Origin: Candidatus Flemingiibacterium sp.
Lineage (GTDB): Bacteria > Bacillota > Clostridia > Oscillospirales > CAG-272
Length of the DNA: 38,305 nucleotides
NCBI GenBank assembly: GCA_045634345.1
Contig: JAZRAB010000183.1
Coordinates: 1-38,305 of the forward strand
Direction of reading: 5' to 3'
The position numbers and the translations under genes were made by a program. The notes under the pieces are model-generated. The model made no database searches and was not told the DNA's origin. It saw only the letters and a list, made by a program, of their open reading frames with translations. Shown one piece after another: positions 8,554-16,194 of the stretch. Position 1 is the stretch's first letter; each line of letters begins with the position of its first letter.

Positions 8554-9486
8554 ATGATTTCATGTACGGAATATATTCCTGCATACAGTGAGTTTTTTAC
8601 CTATCTTGATGAAACCTACGGTAAAGAGGAGTTAGACCGTTTCTGGGAGTATCACTTTGCACCTACGGGTAAGGGTATACGTCTCATCAATTTCCTTAAG
8701 GCAGAGGGGCTAAAGGGCTGTTATACTTACTGGTCTGCCGCACTCAAAGAGGAGGCTGCGGACGTTACCATCTATTTGAACGAAAAAGCAGGATGGTTTA
8801 TGACTGATATGCACAAATGCCCTTCAAAAGGTAAATTGCTTAAGTTGAAGGATGAGTTTGGTTTTGTGCCTTATCACAGTTACTGTATGCACTGCGACGG
8901 CTATCGCGCCGCTGTGGAGCAGGTCGGACTTAAATATATGTACGATTTTGTCGGCTGTGACCGCGCAGCATGCCGTCTTATCATTTACGACCCTAAGGTG
9001 TTCAATGAACGGGTAATCGTTGACGAAAACACAAAGATACTCGACATCCGAGCCTCCGAGAACGAATACTATCATCTTGATTTTCACCGCAGCATGAACA
9101 GCGTAATCAATTATGTCGGCGAAAATCACGGTATTTCGGCGGTCGAGGATTATCTCGGACGTTACACAAGAAATGTTTGTTTGAAACAGATGACCGATAT
9201 CGAAACTCGCGGTATCGATGCGATTGCCGACAAGATACGTGATACATATGAGAAGGAAAAATCTCCCGACGCAGTAGAGCTTGTGCGCGATGGCGGAAAG
9301 CTTACCGTCAATGTGAAGTATTGCCCGGGTGTTAAGTATCTTAAGGATACGGGACGTATTGTTTCACCGTGGTATCGCTATACTACAGAAGTTGTGATGA
9401 AGGCTCTTTCTGAAAAAGCCGGTGTAAGCTTTAAAATGCTGTCTTACGACGAGGAAACAGGTGCGGCTTGCTACACTTTCGAATAA
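8554..9486 (+). CDS. Uncharacterised Cys-motif protein, paralogue 2 (tandem duplicate of 7565-8497)
   Basis: 310 aa, collinear with the previous protein at roughly 70 percent identity by eye. It shares the MISCTE start and the Cys pattern. Confidence 0.6.
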   Translation: MISCTEYIPAYSEFFTYLDETYGKEELDRFWEYHFAPTGKGIRLINFLKAEGLKGCYTYWSAALKEEAADVTIYLNEKAGWFMTDMHKCPSKGKLLKLKDEFGFVPYHSYCMHCDGYRAAVEQVGLKYMYDFVGCDRAACRLIIYDPKVFNERVIVDENTKILDIRASENEYYHLDFHRSMNSVINYVGENHGISAVEDYLGRYTRNVCLKQMTDIETRGIDAIADKIRDTYEKEKSPDAVELVRDGGKLTVNVKYCPGVKYLKDTGRIVSPWYRYTTEVVMKALSEKAGVSFKMLSYDEETGAACYTFE

Positions 9487-9501
9487 TTTGAGTACATAAT
9501 A

Positions 9502-9540
9502 AAAAACGCTTCGGATTTAAGTGCTGAAGCGTTTTTGTTT
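9502..9540 (+). terminator. Rho-independent terminator closing the 1239-9486 operon
   Basis: aacgcttc ... gaagcgtt stem followed by tttttgttt. Confidence 0.7.
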
Positions 9541-9588
9541 GTACGAATCTGAAAAATCGCAAAATAAAAAATTTTTATCAAAAACCCC

Positions 9589-9617
9589 TTTACAAATGGG
9601 AGAAAGTGTAGTATAAT
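9589..9617 (+). promoter_or_regulatory. Sigma-70-type promoter for the ABC transporter operon
   Basis: TTTACA (9589-9594), 17-nt spacer, TATAAT (9612-9617). Confidence 0.6.
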
Positions 9618-9677
9618 ACATTTGTCAAGATAACACTTTACCAAATTACAAAAGTAAAAAAGAAGGAGACTAACATC

Positions 9678-10508
9678 ATGAAACGCATTTTAACACTTGT
9701 ACTTGCATTTGCACTTATTCTCACATTGGCTGCCGGATTTACTTCGTGCGGCGAAGAAACAAGCGATTGGGCAACTATCGAGGAGCGCGGATATTTTGTC
9801 TGCGGTATCACCGTTTATGCGCCTATGAACTATTTTGATGATGACGGAAATCTCGTTGGTTTTGATACCGAATTTGCGCAGGCACTCGCAGCAGAGCTTG
9901 GACTTGATGCAAAATTCCAGGTTATCAGCTGGCCTAACAAGTATCTGGAGCTTAACTCCGGTGCTATTGACCTCATCTGGAACGGCTTCACATACGGTAT
10001 GGAGAGCGATGGCGTTTCACGTACCGAGTATGTTGACTTTACATATTCCTACCTCGAAAACCGTCAGTGCCTTATCACCAAGGCTGACCGCGTTGACGAG
10101 CTTAATTCGGCTGAATCCCTTGCAGGCCTGAAGGCTGTTGCAGAGGGCGGTTCTTCCGGCGAGGGTGTTGCAATCGAGCTTTGCGGTGATGAAAATAATG
10201 TTACCACATTCACTTCTCAGGCAGCCGCTCTTATGGAGCTTTCCGCAGGTAATGCAGACTTTGCTGTTATTGACTACCAGATGGCAAAAGCAATGGTTGG
10301 CGTTGGTGACTACACCGATCTTGCTATTAACGAGGCAGTACAGCCCGAGTCCGAGGTTTATGCTATCGGCGCACGCAAGGGCAGTGACTTTACCGCAAAG
10401 GTGAACGAAGCAATCAAGGCTCTTTCCGAAAACGGAAAGCTCGCTGAGCTTGCTGAGAAGTACGGCCTTACCAACGATCTTATCGCTGATATCGGAAGCG
10501 AGTCTTAA
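9678..10508 (+). CDS. Polar amino-acid ABC transporter substrate-binding lipoprotein
   Basis: 276 aa. Signal peptide with lipobox (AAGFTSCG) and family 3 SBP features (DLIWNGFTY, AVIDYQMAK). RBS aaggag. Confidence 0.8.
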   Translation: MKRILTLVLAFALILTLAAGFTSCGEETSDWATIEERGYFVCGITVYAPMNYFDDDGNLVGFDTEFAQALAAELGLDAKFQVISWPNKYLELNSGAIDLIWNGFTYGMESDGVSRTEYVDFTYSYLENRQCLITKADRVDELNSAESLAGLKAVAEGGSSGEGVAIELCGDENNVTTFTSQAAALMELSAGNADFAVIDYQMAKAMVGVGDYTDLAINEAVQPESEVYAIGARKGSDFTAKVNEAIKALSENGKLAELAEKYGLTNDLIADIGSES

Positions 10509-11167
10509 TGGATCTTTTAACTGTTACCAAAACGCTGTTCGAGGGGTTTGGCGTTACTTGCCTGCTGTTTATTTTAACACTCGTTTTCTCGCTCCCCCTC
10601 GGACTTGTGATCTCGTTTGGCTCAATGGCTAAATTTAAGCCGCTTGCATGGCTGACACGCACATTTGTGTGGATTATACGCGGAACACCGCTTATGCTGC
10701 AGCTATGCGCCATATTCTATGTTCCCGGAATAGTTTTCAACGTACAGCTTTTCGGCGGTGATAACGGACGCTTCACGGCAGCACTTGTGGCGTTTGTAAT
10801 AAACTACGCCTGCTATTTTTCCGAGATATACCGCGGCGGTATTGAGGGTATTCCGAGAGGGCAGTACGAGGCGGCACAGGTGCTTGGTATGACTGCAAAG
10901 GAGACTTTTTTCACGGTTATTCTCATGCAGGTCGTCAAGCGTATTCTTGCGCCGATAAGCAATGAGGTCATTACACTCGTCAAGGATACCTCTCTCGCGC
11001 GTGTTATTGCGGTGGCAGAGATATTCTACATAAACGATATGTCATTTCTGCAACGCGGACTCGTATGGCCGATGTTCTACATCGCAGTATTCTTCCTCAT
11101 CTTCGTCGGAGTGCTTACGATCTTCTTCGGATGGTGCGAGAAGAAGCTGGACTATTATAAGGTGTGA
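10508..11167 (+). CDS. Amino-acid ABC transporter permease (His/Glu/Gln/Arg/opine family)
   Basis: 219 aa, multi-TM, with the EAA-like loop (YEAAQVLGMT). Its start overlaps the SBP stop. Confidence 0.8.
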   Translation: MDLLTVTKTLFEGFGVTCLLFILTLVFSLPLGLVISFGSMAKFKPLAWLTRTFVWIIRGTPLMLQLCAIFYVPGIVFNVQLFGGDNGRFTAALVAFVINYACYFSEIYRGGIEGIPRGQYEAAQVLGMTAKETFFTVILMQVVKRILAPISNEVITLVKDTSLARVIAVAEIFYINDMSFLQRGLVWPMFYIAVFFLIFVGVLTIFFGWCEKKLDYYKV

Positions 11168-11176
11168 GGTGGCGAC

Positions 11177-11983
11177 ATGGCTTTTCTTGAAGTACGAAAC
11201 TTAAAAAAGCATTTCGGAAACACTTCCGTCCTTCACGGTATCGACTTTTCAATGGAAAAAGGCGAGGTCGTGGCAATAATCGGCTCATCGGGCGGTGGAA
11301 AAACTACATTCCTTCGCTGTCTCAATTTTCTTGAAATGGCAAACGAAGGCACAATCGATATTGATGGCGGCTTTCATTTCGATGCCAATGCCGCATACAG
11401 TAATGCCGAGATTCGTGCAATGCGCTTGAAGATGGGATTGGTATTTCAGTCGTTCAATCTTTTTCCGCAGTATACGGCGCTTGAGAATGTTTATCTGCCG
11501 CTTCAACTGCGTACCAAAGAGAAGATACGCGGTGAACTTCCATTCGGACGAGCAAGACGCAATGCGTATATCGAAGCTCAGAAGGAAAATCAAGATATTG
11601 CCAAGAGTATTCTCACAGAGGTGGGGCTTGGCGATAAAATGGGCAACTATCCTTGTCAGCTTTCTGGTGGACAACAGCAGAGAGTTGCTATTGCACGCGC
11701 GCTTGCACAAGAGCCGGCGATACTTTGCTTCGACGAGCCGACCAGTGCGCTTGACCCCGAGCTTACGGACGAGGTTTTGCGTGTCATCAAAGAGCTTAAG
11801 GACCGCGGACGCACCATGCTCGTGGTTACTCATGAGATGGAGTTTGCGCGAAATGTTGCCGATAGAGTAGTCTTTTTTGCAGACGGACTTATCGAGGAAG
11901 AGGGCGCACCCGCCGATATCTTCACAAATCCGAAATCCGAAAAGACTGCGGCATTCCTGCATCACGGCGCAGGGAATATATAA
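11177..11983 (+). CDS. Amino-acid ABC transporter ATP-binding protein
   Basis: 268 aa. Walker [10 protein letters not shown], signature [15 protein letters not shown], Walker [13 protein letters not shown] and H-loop VVTHEM. It has an extra segment of about 18 aa between the Q-loop region and the signature motif, relative to E. coli GlnQ as I recall it. Confidence 0.85.
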   Translation: MAFLEVRNLKKHFGNTSVLHGIDFSMEKGEVVAIIGSSGGGKTTFLRCLNFLEMANEGTIDIDGGFHFDANAAYSNAEIRAMRLKMGLVFQSFNLFPQYTALENVYLPLQLRTKEKIRGELPFGRARRNAYIEAQKENQDIAKSILTEVGLGDKMGNYPCQLSGGQQQRVAIARALAQEPAILCFDEPTSALDPELTDEVLRVIKELKDRGRTMLVVTHEMEFARNVADRVVFFADGLIEEEGAPADIFTNPKSEKTAAFLHHGAGNI

Positions 11984-12014
11984 TTGCATATTACCTTCTA
12001 ACAGGATTCCAACG

Positions 12015-12049
12015 AAAAAACGCACTCATTTTTTATGAGCGCGTTTTTT
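12015..12049 (+). terminator. Rho-independent terminator of the ABC operon
   Basis: aaaaaacgcactcat / atgagcgcgtttttt hairpin with flanking A and T runs. Confidence 0.7.
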
Positions 12050-12055
12050 CGTGTA

Positions 12056-12369
12056 TAAATTATTGTTTATCGGGGAGTTTTATGCTTCGATTATTGCAGC
12101 TCCCAAGCGACGCTATGCGCCGCCTACCGTATTGCTCGCGGCGGCAATGCCACCGCTCGGGAGGGGGAGCCACTGCTCTCAAACGCCGATGCGTGCTCCC
12201 CCTCCACCCCCTCAAGCCTCGGCTTAGCCGAGTCAAGGAAGGGAGTGCAGAGGGGAACCTATGGATCGGCGTTTGAGAGCAATTGGTTCCCCTCTGCATA
12301 TCGGCAGGCGGTGCAGCGCACCGCAAGGAGCATCGTTGTTCGGAGCGCCCCCTATAAACTCAAATTTAC
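12056..12369. repeat. GC-rich nested-palindromic mosaic repeat, copy 1 (arm A - core - arm B')
   Basis: The left arm (12056-12130) matches the reverse complement of the right arm of copy 2 and of copy 3. The right arm (12299-12369) matches the reverse complement of the left arm of copy 2. The core (12131-12298) is nearly identical to the copy 2 core in direct orientation. Confidence 0.85.
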
Positions 12370-12418
12370 AATTAACTTCACAAGCTTCCGATATTTCGCT
12401 GAAAATATCGAAAACATA

Positions 12419-12447
12419 TTGCCTCATGAATAAAAAGATGCTATAAT
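12419..12447 (+). promoter_or_regulatory. Promoter for the MFS/GDPD genes
   Basis: TTGCCT (12419-12424), 17-nt spacer, TGcTATAAT (extended -10; TATAAT at 12442-12447). Confidence 0.55.
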
Positions 12448-12486
12448 ATTGTAAACTATGTAAAACACAAAGGATGGTATCTTGCA

Positions 12487-13869
12487 ATGAAACTGAATTA
12501 TAAACGCACTGTTCTTGTCGGCTTTGCATTTTTCCTTATCTGCACTTTCTGGCAGGCGTATGACACCGTGATCCCGAAAATTCTTACCGATAAATTTGGT
12601 ATGTCGCAGAGTCTTTCGGGTGCGGTTATGGCACTTGATAATGTTCTCGCAGTTATACTTCTGCCTATCTTTGGCGCAATATCCGACAGACACAATGGAA
12701 AGCGCGGAAGACGCACGCCATTTGTCCTTGTCGGTACCGTTCTTGCCGCTATAGCATTTGTCGGACTCTCATTTGTGGATAACGTGCAGCTTGCCGCTAT
12801 TGAGAAGGGGGTTGCCGAAATCGGTCTTGAGGCGACTGAAGCGCGTCTTGCGTATGCTTGGGAGATGACATGCAGTAATCCCGTGATCCTTATATTTTTT
12901 ATGTTGATGCTTCTAGTTGTGCTTCTCTCAATGGCGATATTCCGTTCTCCGGCGGTTGCGCTTATGCCTGACGTTACACCTAAACCGCTTCGCTCAAAGG
13001 GCAATGCTGTAATCAACCTGATGGGCGCTGTGGGCGGAATCCTTGTGCTTGCCCTCGGTATCATCTTTGGCACGGGCAAGCCGGAAAATACATTTATGAG
13101 CTATACGCCATTCTTCGCGGTTATTGCGGCGGTGATGCTTGGTGCGCTTGCTATATTCTCGCTTACGGTCAAAGAAAAGAAATGGGCGGCGGAGGCTGAT
13201 GCTGTAAATGATAAGATGGATGACTCCGAAGACATACGCAGTGTAACCCAAGAAAAACGCTCGCTTACTAAGGGGGAGCTTAAATCCCTGCTTTTCATTT
13301 TGGCATCTGTGGTGCTTTGGTATATGGGCTATAACGCGGTTTCAAGTAAATACTCGGTCTATGCGGGAGAGGTGTTAAAGCTTGATTATAATCTCACTCT
13401 TATGGTGGCTCAGGCAGCGGCAATCGTATCGTATATTCCCGTTGGTATCATTTCGCAGAAATTTGGGCGTCGTAAAACTATTTTGGCTGGTGTTGCCATG
13501 CTTGGCATTGCTTTCGGTTGTGCGTACTTCATGGGCGAGGGAAGCAATATCTGGGTGATGAACGCACTGTTTGCTCTTGCAGGAATCGGTTGGGCGACGA
13601 TCAATGTGAATAGTTATCCCATGGCCGTTGAACTTGCAAGCTCGGGCGATACCGGCAAATATACGGGATACTACTACACTGCATCTATGGCGGCACAAAC
13701 CGTTACGCCGATACTTTCGGGATTCTTCATGGACATAAATCTTAAAACTCTTTTCCCGTATGCAACTATATTTGTAGCACTTGCGTTTGTGACTATGCTT
13801 TTTGTTCGCCATGGCGATATTAAAACAGATTCCAAAAAGGATCTGCTCGAGCATTTTGATGTGGAGTAA
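12487..13869 (+). CDS. MFS transporter (GPH/SLC45-like)
   Basis: 460 aa with about 12 predicted TM segments. SDRHNGKRGRRTPF loop motif after TM2 and a long charged central loop. Confidence 0.75.
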   Translation: MKLNYKRTVLVGFAFFLICTFWQAYDTVIPKILTDKFGMSQSLSGAVMALDNVLAVILLPIFGAISDRHNGKRGRRTPFVLVGTVLAAIAFVGLSFVDNVQLAAIEKGVAEIGLEATEARLAYAWEMTCSNPVILIFFMLMLLVVLLSMAIFRSPAVALMPDVTPKPLRSKGNAVINLMGAVGGILVLALGIIFGTGKPENTFMSYTPFFAVIAAVMLGALAIFSLTVKEKKWAAEADAVNDKMDDSEDIRSVTQEKRSLTKGELKSLLFILASVVLWYMGYNAVSSKYSVYAGEVLKLDYNLTLMVAQAAAIVSYIPVGIISQKFGRRKTILAGVAMLGIAFGCAYFMGEGSNIWVMNALFALAGIGWATINVNSYPMAVELASSGDTGKYTGYYYTASMAAQTVTPILSGFFMDINLKTLFPYATIFVALAFVTMLFVRHGDIKTDSKKDLLEHFDVE

Positions 13870-13873
13870 TAAA

Positions 13874-14677
13874 ATGGCGATTATAATAATATCTATTGTA
13901 CTGCTTGCAGGACTCTATATGTTTGTGTTGATACGTCCGAGATTACATGCTCGCCATGATAAACAGCTCGACACCGACTATGCGCATCGGGGACTCCACC
14001 GCAGAGGAGTGCCGGAAAATTCACTTGCGGCATTTGAGCGTGCTGTGGTACACGGCTATGGAATTGAGCTTGATGTTCAGCTTTCACGCGACGGAGAGGT
14101 CATGGTATTTCATGATTATACTCTTGAGAGAATGACCGGCAGGGAAGGACGGCTCTGCGATTTTTGCGCGGATGAGCTTTCATCAATGCGCCTTGCCGAT
14201 ACAGATGAAACCATACCGCAGCTTCGTGATGTGCTAGGACTTGTAAATGGGCGTGTTCCACTTCTTATTGAATTGAAAGGCGAAAGCGCCGATGTTTCGC
14301 TTTGTGAGCCGCTTTCTCGTCTGCTTGGGGAATATGATGGAGCTTTTTGCATAGAATCCTTCAATCCGATACTGCTTGGAGAGATGGCGAAGTGTATGCC
14401 GCAGGTCTATCGCGGCATACTGTATACCAACCTTTGCCGCGATAAAAAGAAATATTCGCTTCTCAATATCGCGCTTACCGGTATGGTTACCAATATTATT
14501 GCACGCCCTGATTTTATTGCATATAATGAAAAATACCGGGGCTCTATGTTGTTATGGCTTATTACGCATTTGTACCGTCCAAACAAATATTGCTGGACAG
14601 TAAAAAGCAAAGCGGATTACGATATTGCAAAGAGAAATGAGGAATTTGTTATTTTTGAGAATTTCAAACCCGAATAG
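13874..14677 (+). CDS. Membrane-anchored glycerophosphodiester phosphodiesterase family protein
   Basis: Start moved to ATG 13874 (ggag RBS 7 nt upstream), which avoids overlap with the MFS gene. N-terminal TM helix, then the GDPD motifs AHRGL..PENSL.AF and GIELDVQLSRDGEVMVFHD. Confidence 0.75.
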   Translation: MAIIIISIVLLAGLYMFVLIRPRLHARHDKQLDTDYAHRGLHRRGVPENSLAAFERAVVHGYGIELDVQLSRDGEVMVFHDYTLERMTGREGRLCDFCADELSSMRLADTDETIPQLRDVLGLVNGRVPLLIELKGESADVSLCEPLSRLLGEYDGAFCIESFNPILLGEMAKCMPQVYRGILYTNLCRDKKKYSLLNIALTGMVTNIIARPDFIAYNEKYRGSMLLWLITHLYRPNKYCWTVKSKADYDIAKRNEEFVIFENFKPE

Positions 14678-14855
14678 TATTGTTCAAGGTTATGAGCACG
14701 GTAAAAATGAGAAAGCATTGTCGTATTCAACAAACTTTGAGCGAGCTTTTTGTGGAGTTTGCCTGAGGGCGAAAGCGATTTGTGAAAATGCAATGAAATG
14801 TGCTATTAAATACGGTTTTGAGGAGCATTTGCTTGTATACTTTTAAGGCGAATTT

Positions 14856-14864
14856 TGCTATAAT
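14856..14864 (+). promoter_or_regulatory. Extended -10 element (TGcTATAAT) upstream of the surface protein gene
   Basis: tgctataat at 14856-14864. No good -35 at 17 nt, so this is an extended -10 type only. Confidence 0.4.
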
Positions 14865-14878
14865 TACAATGTAATGAA

Positions 14879-14908
14879 GGGAATATTCTGCGGCCGCAGA
14901 ATATTTCC
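14879..14908 (+). other. 5'-leader hairpin centred on GCGGCCGC
   Basis: 24-nt perfect palindrome aatattctgcggccgcagaatatt (14882-14905), plus two flanking G-C pairs and one G-T wobble. Confidence 0.5.
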
Positions 14909-14973
14909 TAATATCAGATTCGAGCGTATTCGTTCGAACTCTAATAAAATTTTTTTCGAAAGGACGAAAAATT

Positions 14974-16119
14974 ATGAAGAAATTTCTTGCATTCGCTATT
15001 GCGGCATTAATGATGGTTTCCTGCTTCGCAGTAACCACTGTTGCTGCAGATGGTGCTCTTAAGATGGGTACCGCAACAGTTGACGGTATTCTCGACGATG
15101 TCTACACCGGTTCCGTTATGATCAAGGAGGCAGGTAAGGATGCTTCTCAGAACCAGCTTCCCTCCGAGTGGAACGGTTCCTGCTACGCAGATATTTATCT
15201 CATGTATGACAACGAGTATCTTTACATTTTTGCACATGTAACAGACGATGATGTTCTTTCAAGAGGAAGAGCATATGCTATCGGCACCGTAAACCCTAAC
15301 GACAATGATGTAATTGAGTTCAGACTCGTTTTCAACGGCGTTGATGACGACCAGTTCAAGGTATCTGTTGATGCTTTCGGTTATCAGCTTTTCGGTCTTC
15401 CGTGGCACTATGACATCATAGACTACAGCACCTTCGAATATGCAGTAAAGACTGATGATGTTGCAGGTACATATGATGTTGAGGTTGCGATCCCCTGTAC
15501 CAAGGGTACTCTTGACCTTATAAAGTACGGTACACTTGGCTTTGCATTCCAGATCAACGATATAGACTACAACGGCAGAACCACTCAGTTCTCGCTCTAC
15601 AGCTCCAATGCGGCTAACGTATGGACCAGTGCTAAGTACAGCCTTTCCGGTGAAAAAGCTGTTGCCGGTTCCGGTAGCACAGTAAGCGCAGGTCCTATCG
15701 AAGGTACCCTCGCAGCTCCCGAGACCACCGCAGCTCCTGAAACTTCTGCAGCTCCCGAGACTACTGTAGCACCCGAGACCACCGCGGCTCCTGAAACTAC
15801 TGCGGCTCCCGACACCACTGCTGAGGTTGAAGATACTACTGCAGAGGCAGAGGATACCCCTGCTGAGGTTGAAGACACCACTGCAGAGGCAGAGGATACC
15901 ACTGCTGACGTTGAAGACACCACTGCAGAAGCAGAGGATACCACTGTAGAGGACGACAAAGACACCGACGCTGATACAACTGAAGCTCCGAACACTACCG
16001 CAGCTACAGGCACTGACGATGAGGGTGGAATCAATCCTATCGCAATCGTTGGAATCGCAGCAGCAGTTATTGTAATTGCAGCAGTTGCAGTTATCCTTGC
16101 AAAGAAAAAGAAGAACTAA
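14974..16119 (+). CDS. Secreted, membrane-anchored surface protein with a CBM9/DOMON-like domain and a Thr/Glu/Ala/Pro-rich repeat stalk
   Basis: 381 aa. It has a signal peptide, a DGILDDVY...YLMYDNEYLYIFAHVTDDDV...FAFQINDID pattern typical of CBM9-like domains, tandem repeats, and a C-terminal TM helix plus KKKKN stop-transfer. Confidence 0.65.
   Translation: MKKFLAFAIAALMMVSCFAVTTVAADGALKMGTATVDGILDDVYTGSVMIKEAGKDASQNQLPSEWNGSCYADIYLMYDNEYLYIFAHVTDDDVLSRGRAYAIGTVNPNDNDVIEFRLVFNGVDDDQFKVSVDAFGYQLFGLPWHYDIIDYSTFEYAVKTDDVAGTYDVEVAIPCTKGTLDLIKYGTLGFAFQINDIDYNGRTTQFSLYSSNAANVWTSAKYSLSGEKAVAGSGSTVSAGPIEGTLAAPETTAAPETSAAPETTVAPETTAAPETTAAPDTTAEVEDTTAEAEDTPAEVEDTTAEAEDTTADVEDTTAEAEDTTVEDDKDTDADTTEAPNTTAATGTDDEGGINPIAIVGIAAAVIVIAAVAVILAKKKKN
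15712..15945 (+). repeat. In-frame tandem repeats: 6 x 18 nt (AAPETT) followed by 6 x 21 nt (AE[VA]EDTT)
   Basis: Read directly: 15712-15819 encodes AAPETT-like units and 15820-15945 encodes AEVEDTT/AEAEDTT-like units. Confidence 0.9.
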
Positions 16120-16131
16120 TCTTCTGTAAAT

Positions 16132-16163
16132 AAAAAAGTGCTTGCGGCCGCAAGCACTTTTTT
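16132..16163 (+). terminator. Rho-independent terminator of the surface protein gene
   Basis: aaaaaagtgcttgcggccgcaagcactttttt is a perfect palindrome with A and T runs, so it is bidirectional in form. Confidence 0.8.
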
Positions 16164-16194
16164 ATGGCGCTAGCCATTGGAATGGCACGTGCTA

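Noticed and set aside
12060-12529. Several 60-100-aa ORFs on both strands inside repeat copy 1. The same occurs at 16091-16486 inside copy 2.
   Set aside because: They lie within GC-rich palindromic repeats and are mirrored on both strands. They are Arg/Pro/Gly/Ala-rich as expected from GC-rich non-coding sequence. They also differ by indels between copies in ways that break the frames.
15597-16034. A 145-aa minus-strand ORF rich in Ser/Val/Ala.
   Set aside because: It is antisense to the tandem-repeat stalk of the surface protein. The repeats simply lack stops in that frame.
14889-16151. Two GCGGCCGC sites flanking one gene, as a hint of an engineered or cloned cassette.
   Set aside because: Both are embedded in longer natural-looking hairpins (a leader and a terminator) with native flanks. 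There is no vector-like sequence. The observation is kept only as a low-interest note under the surface-protein finding.
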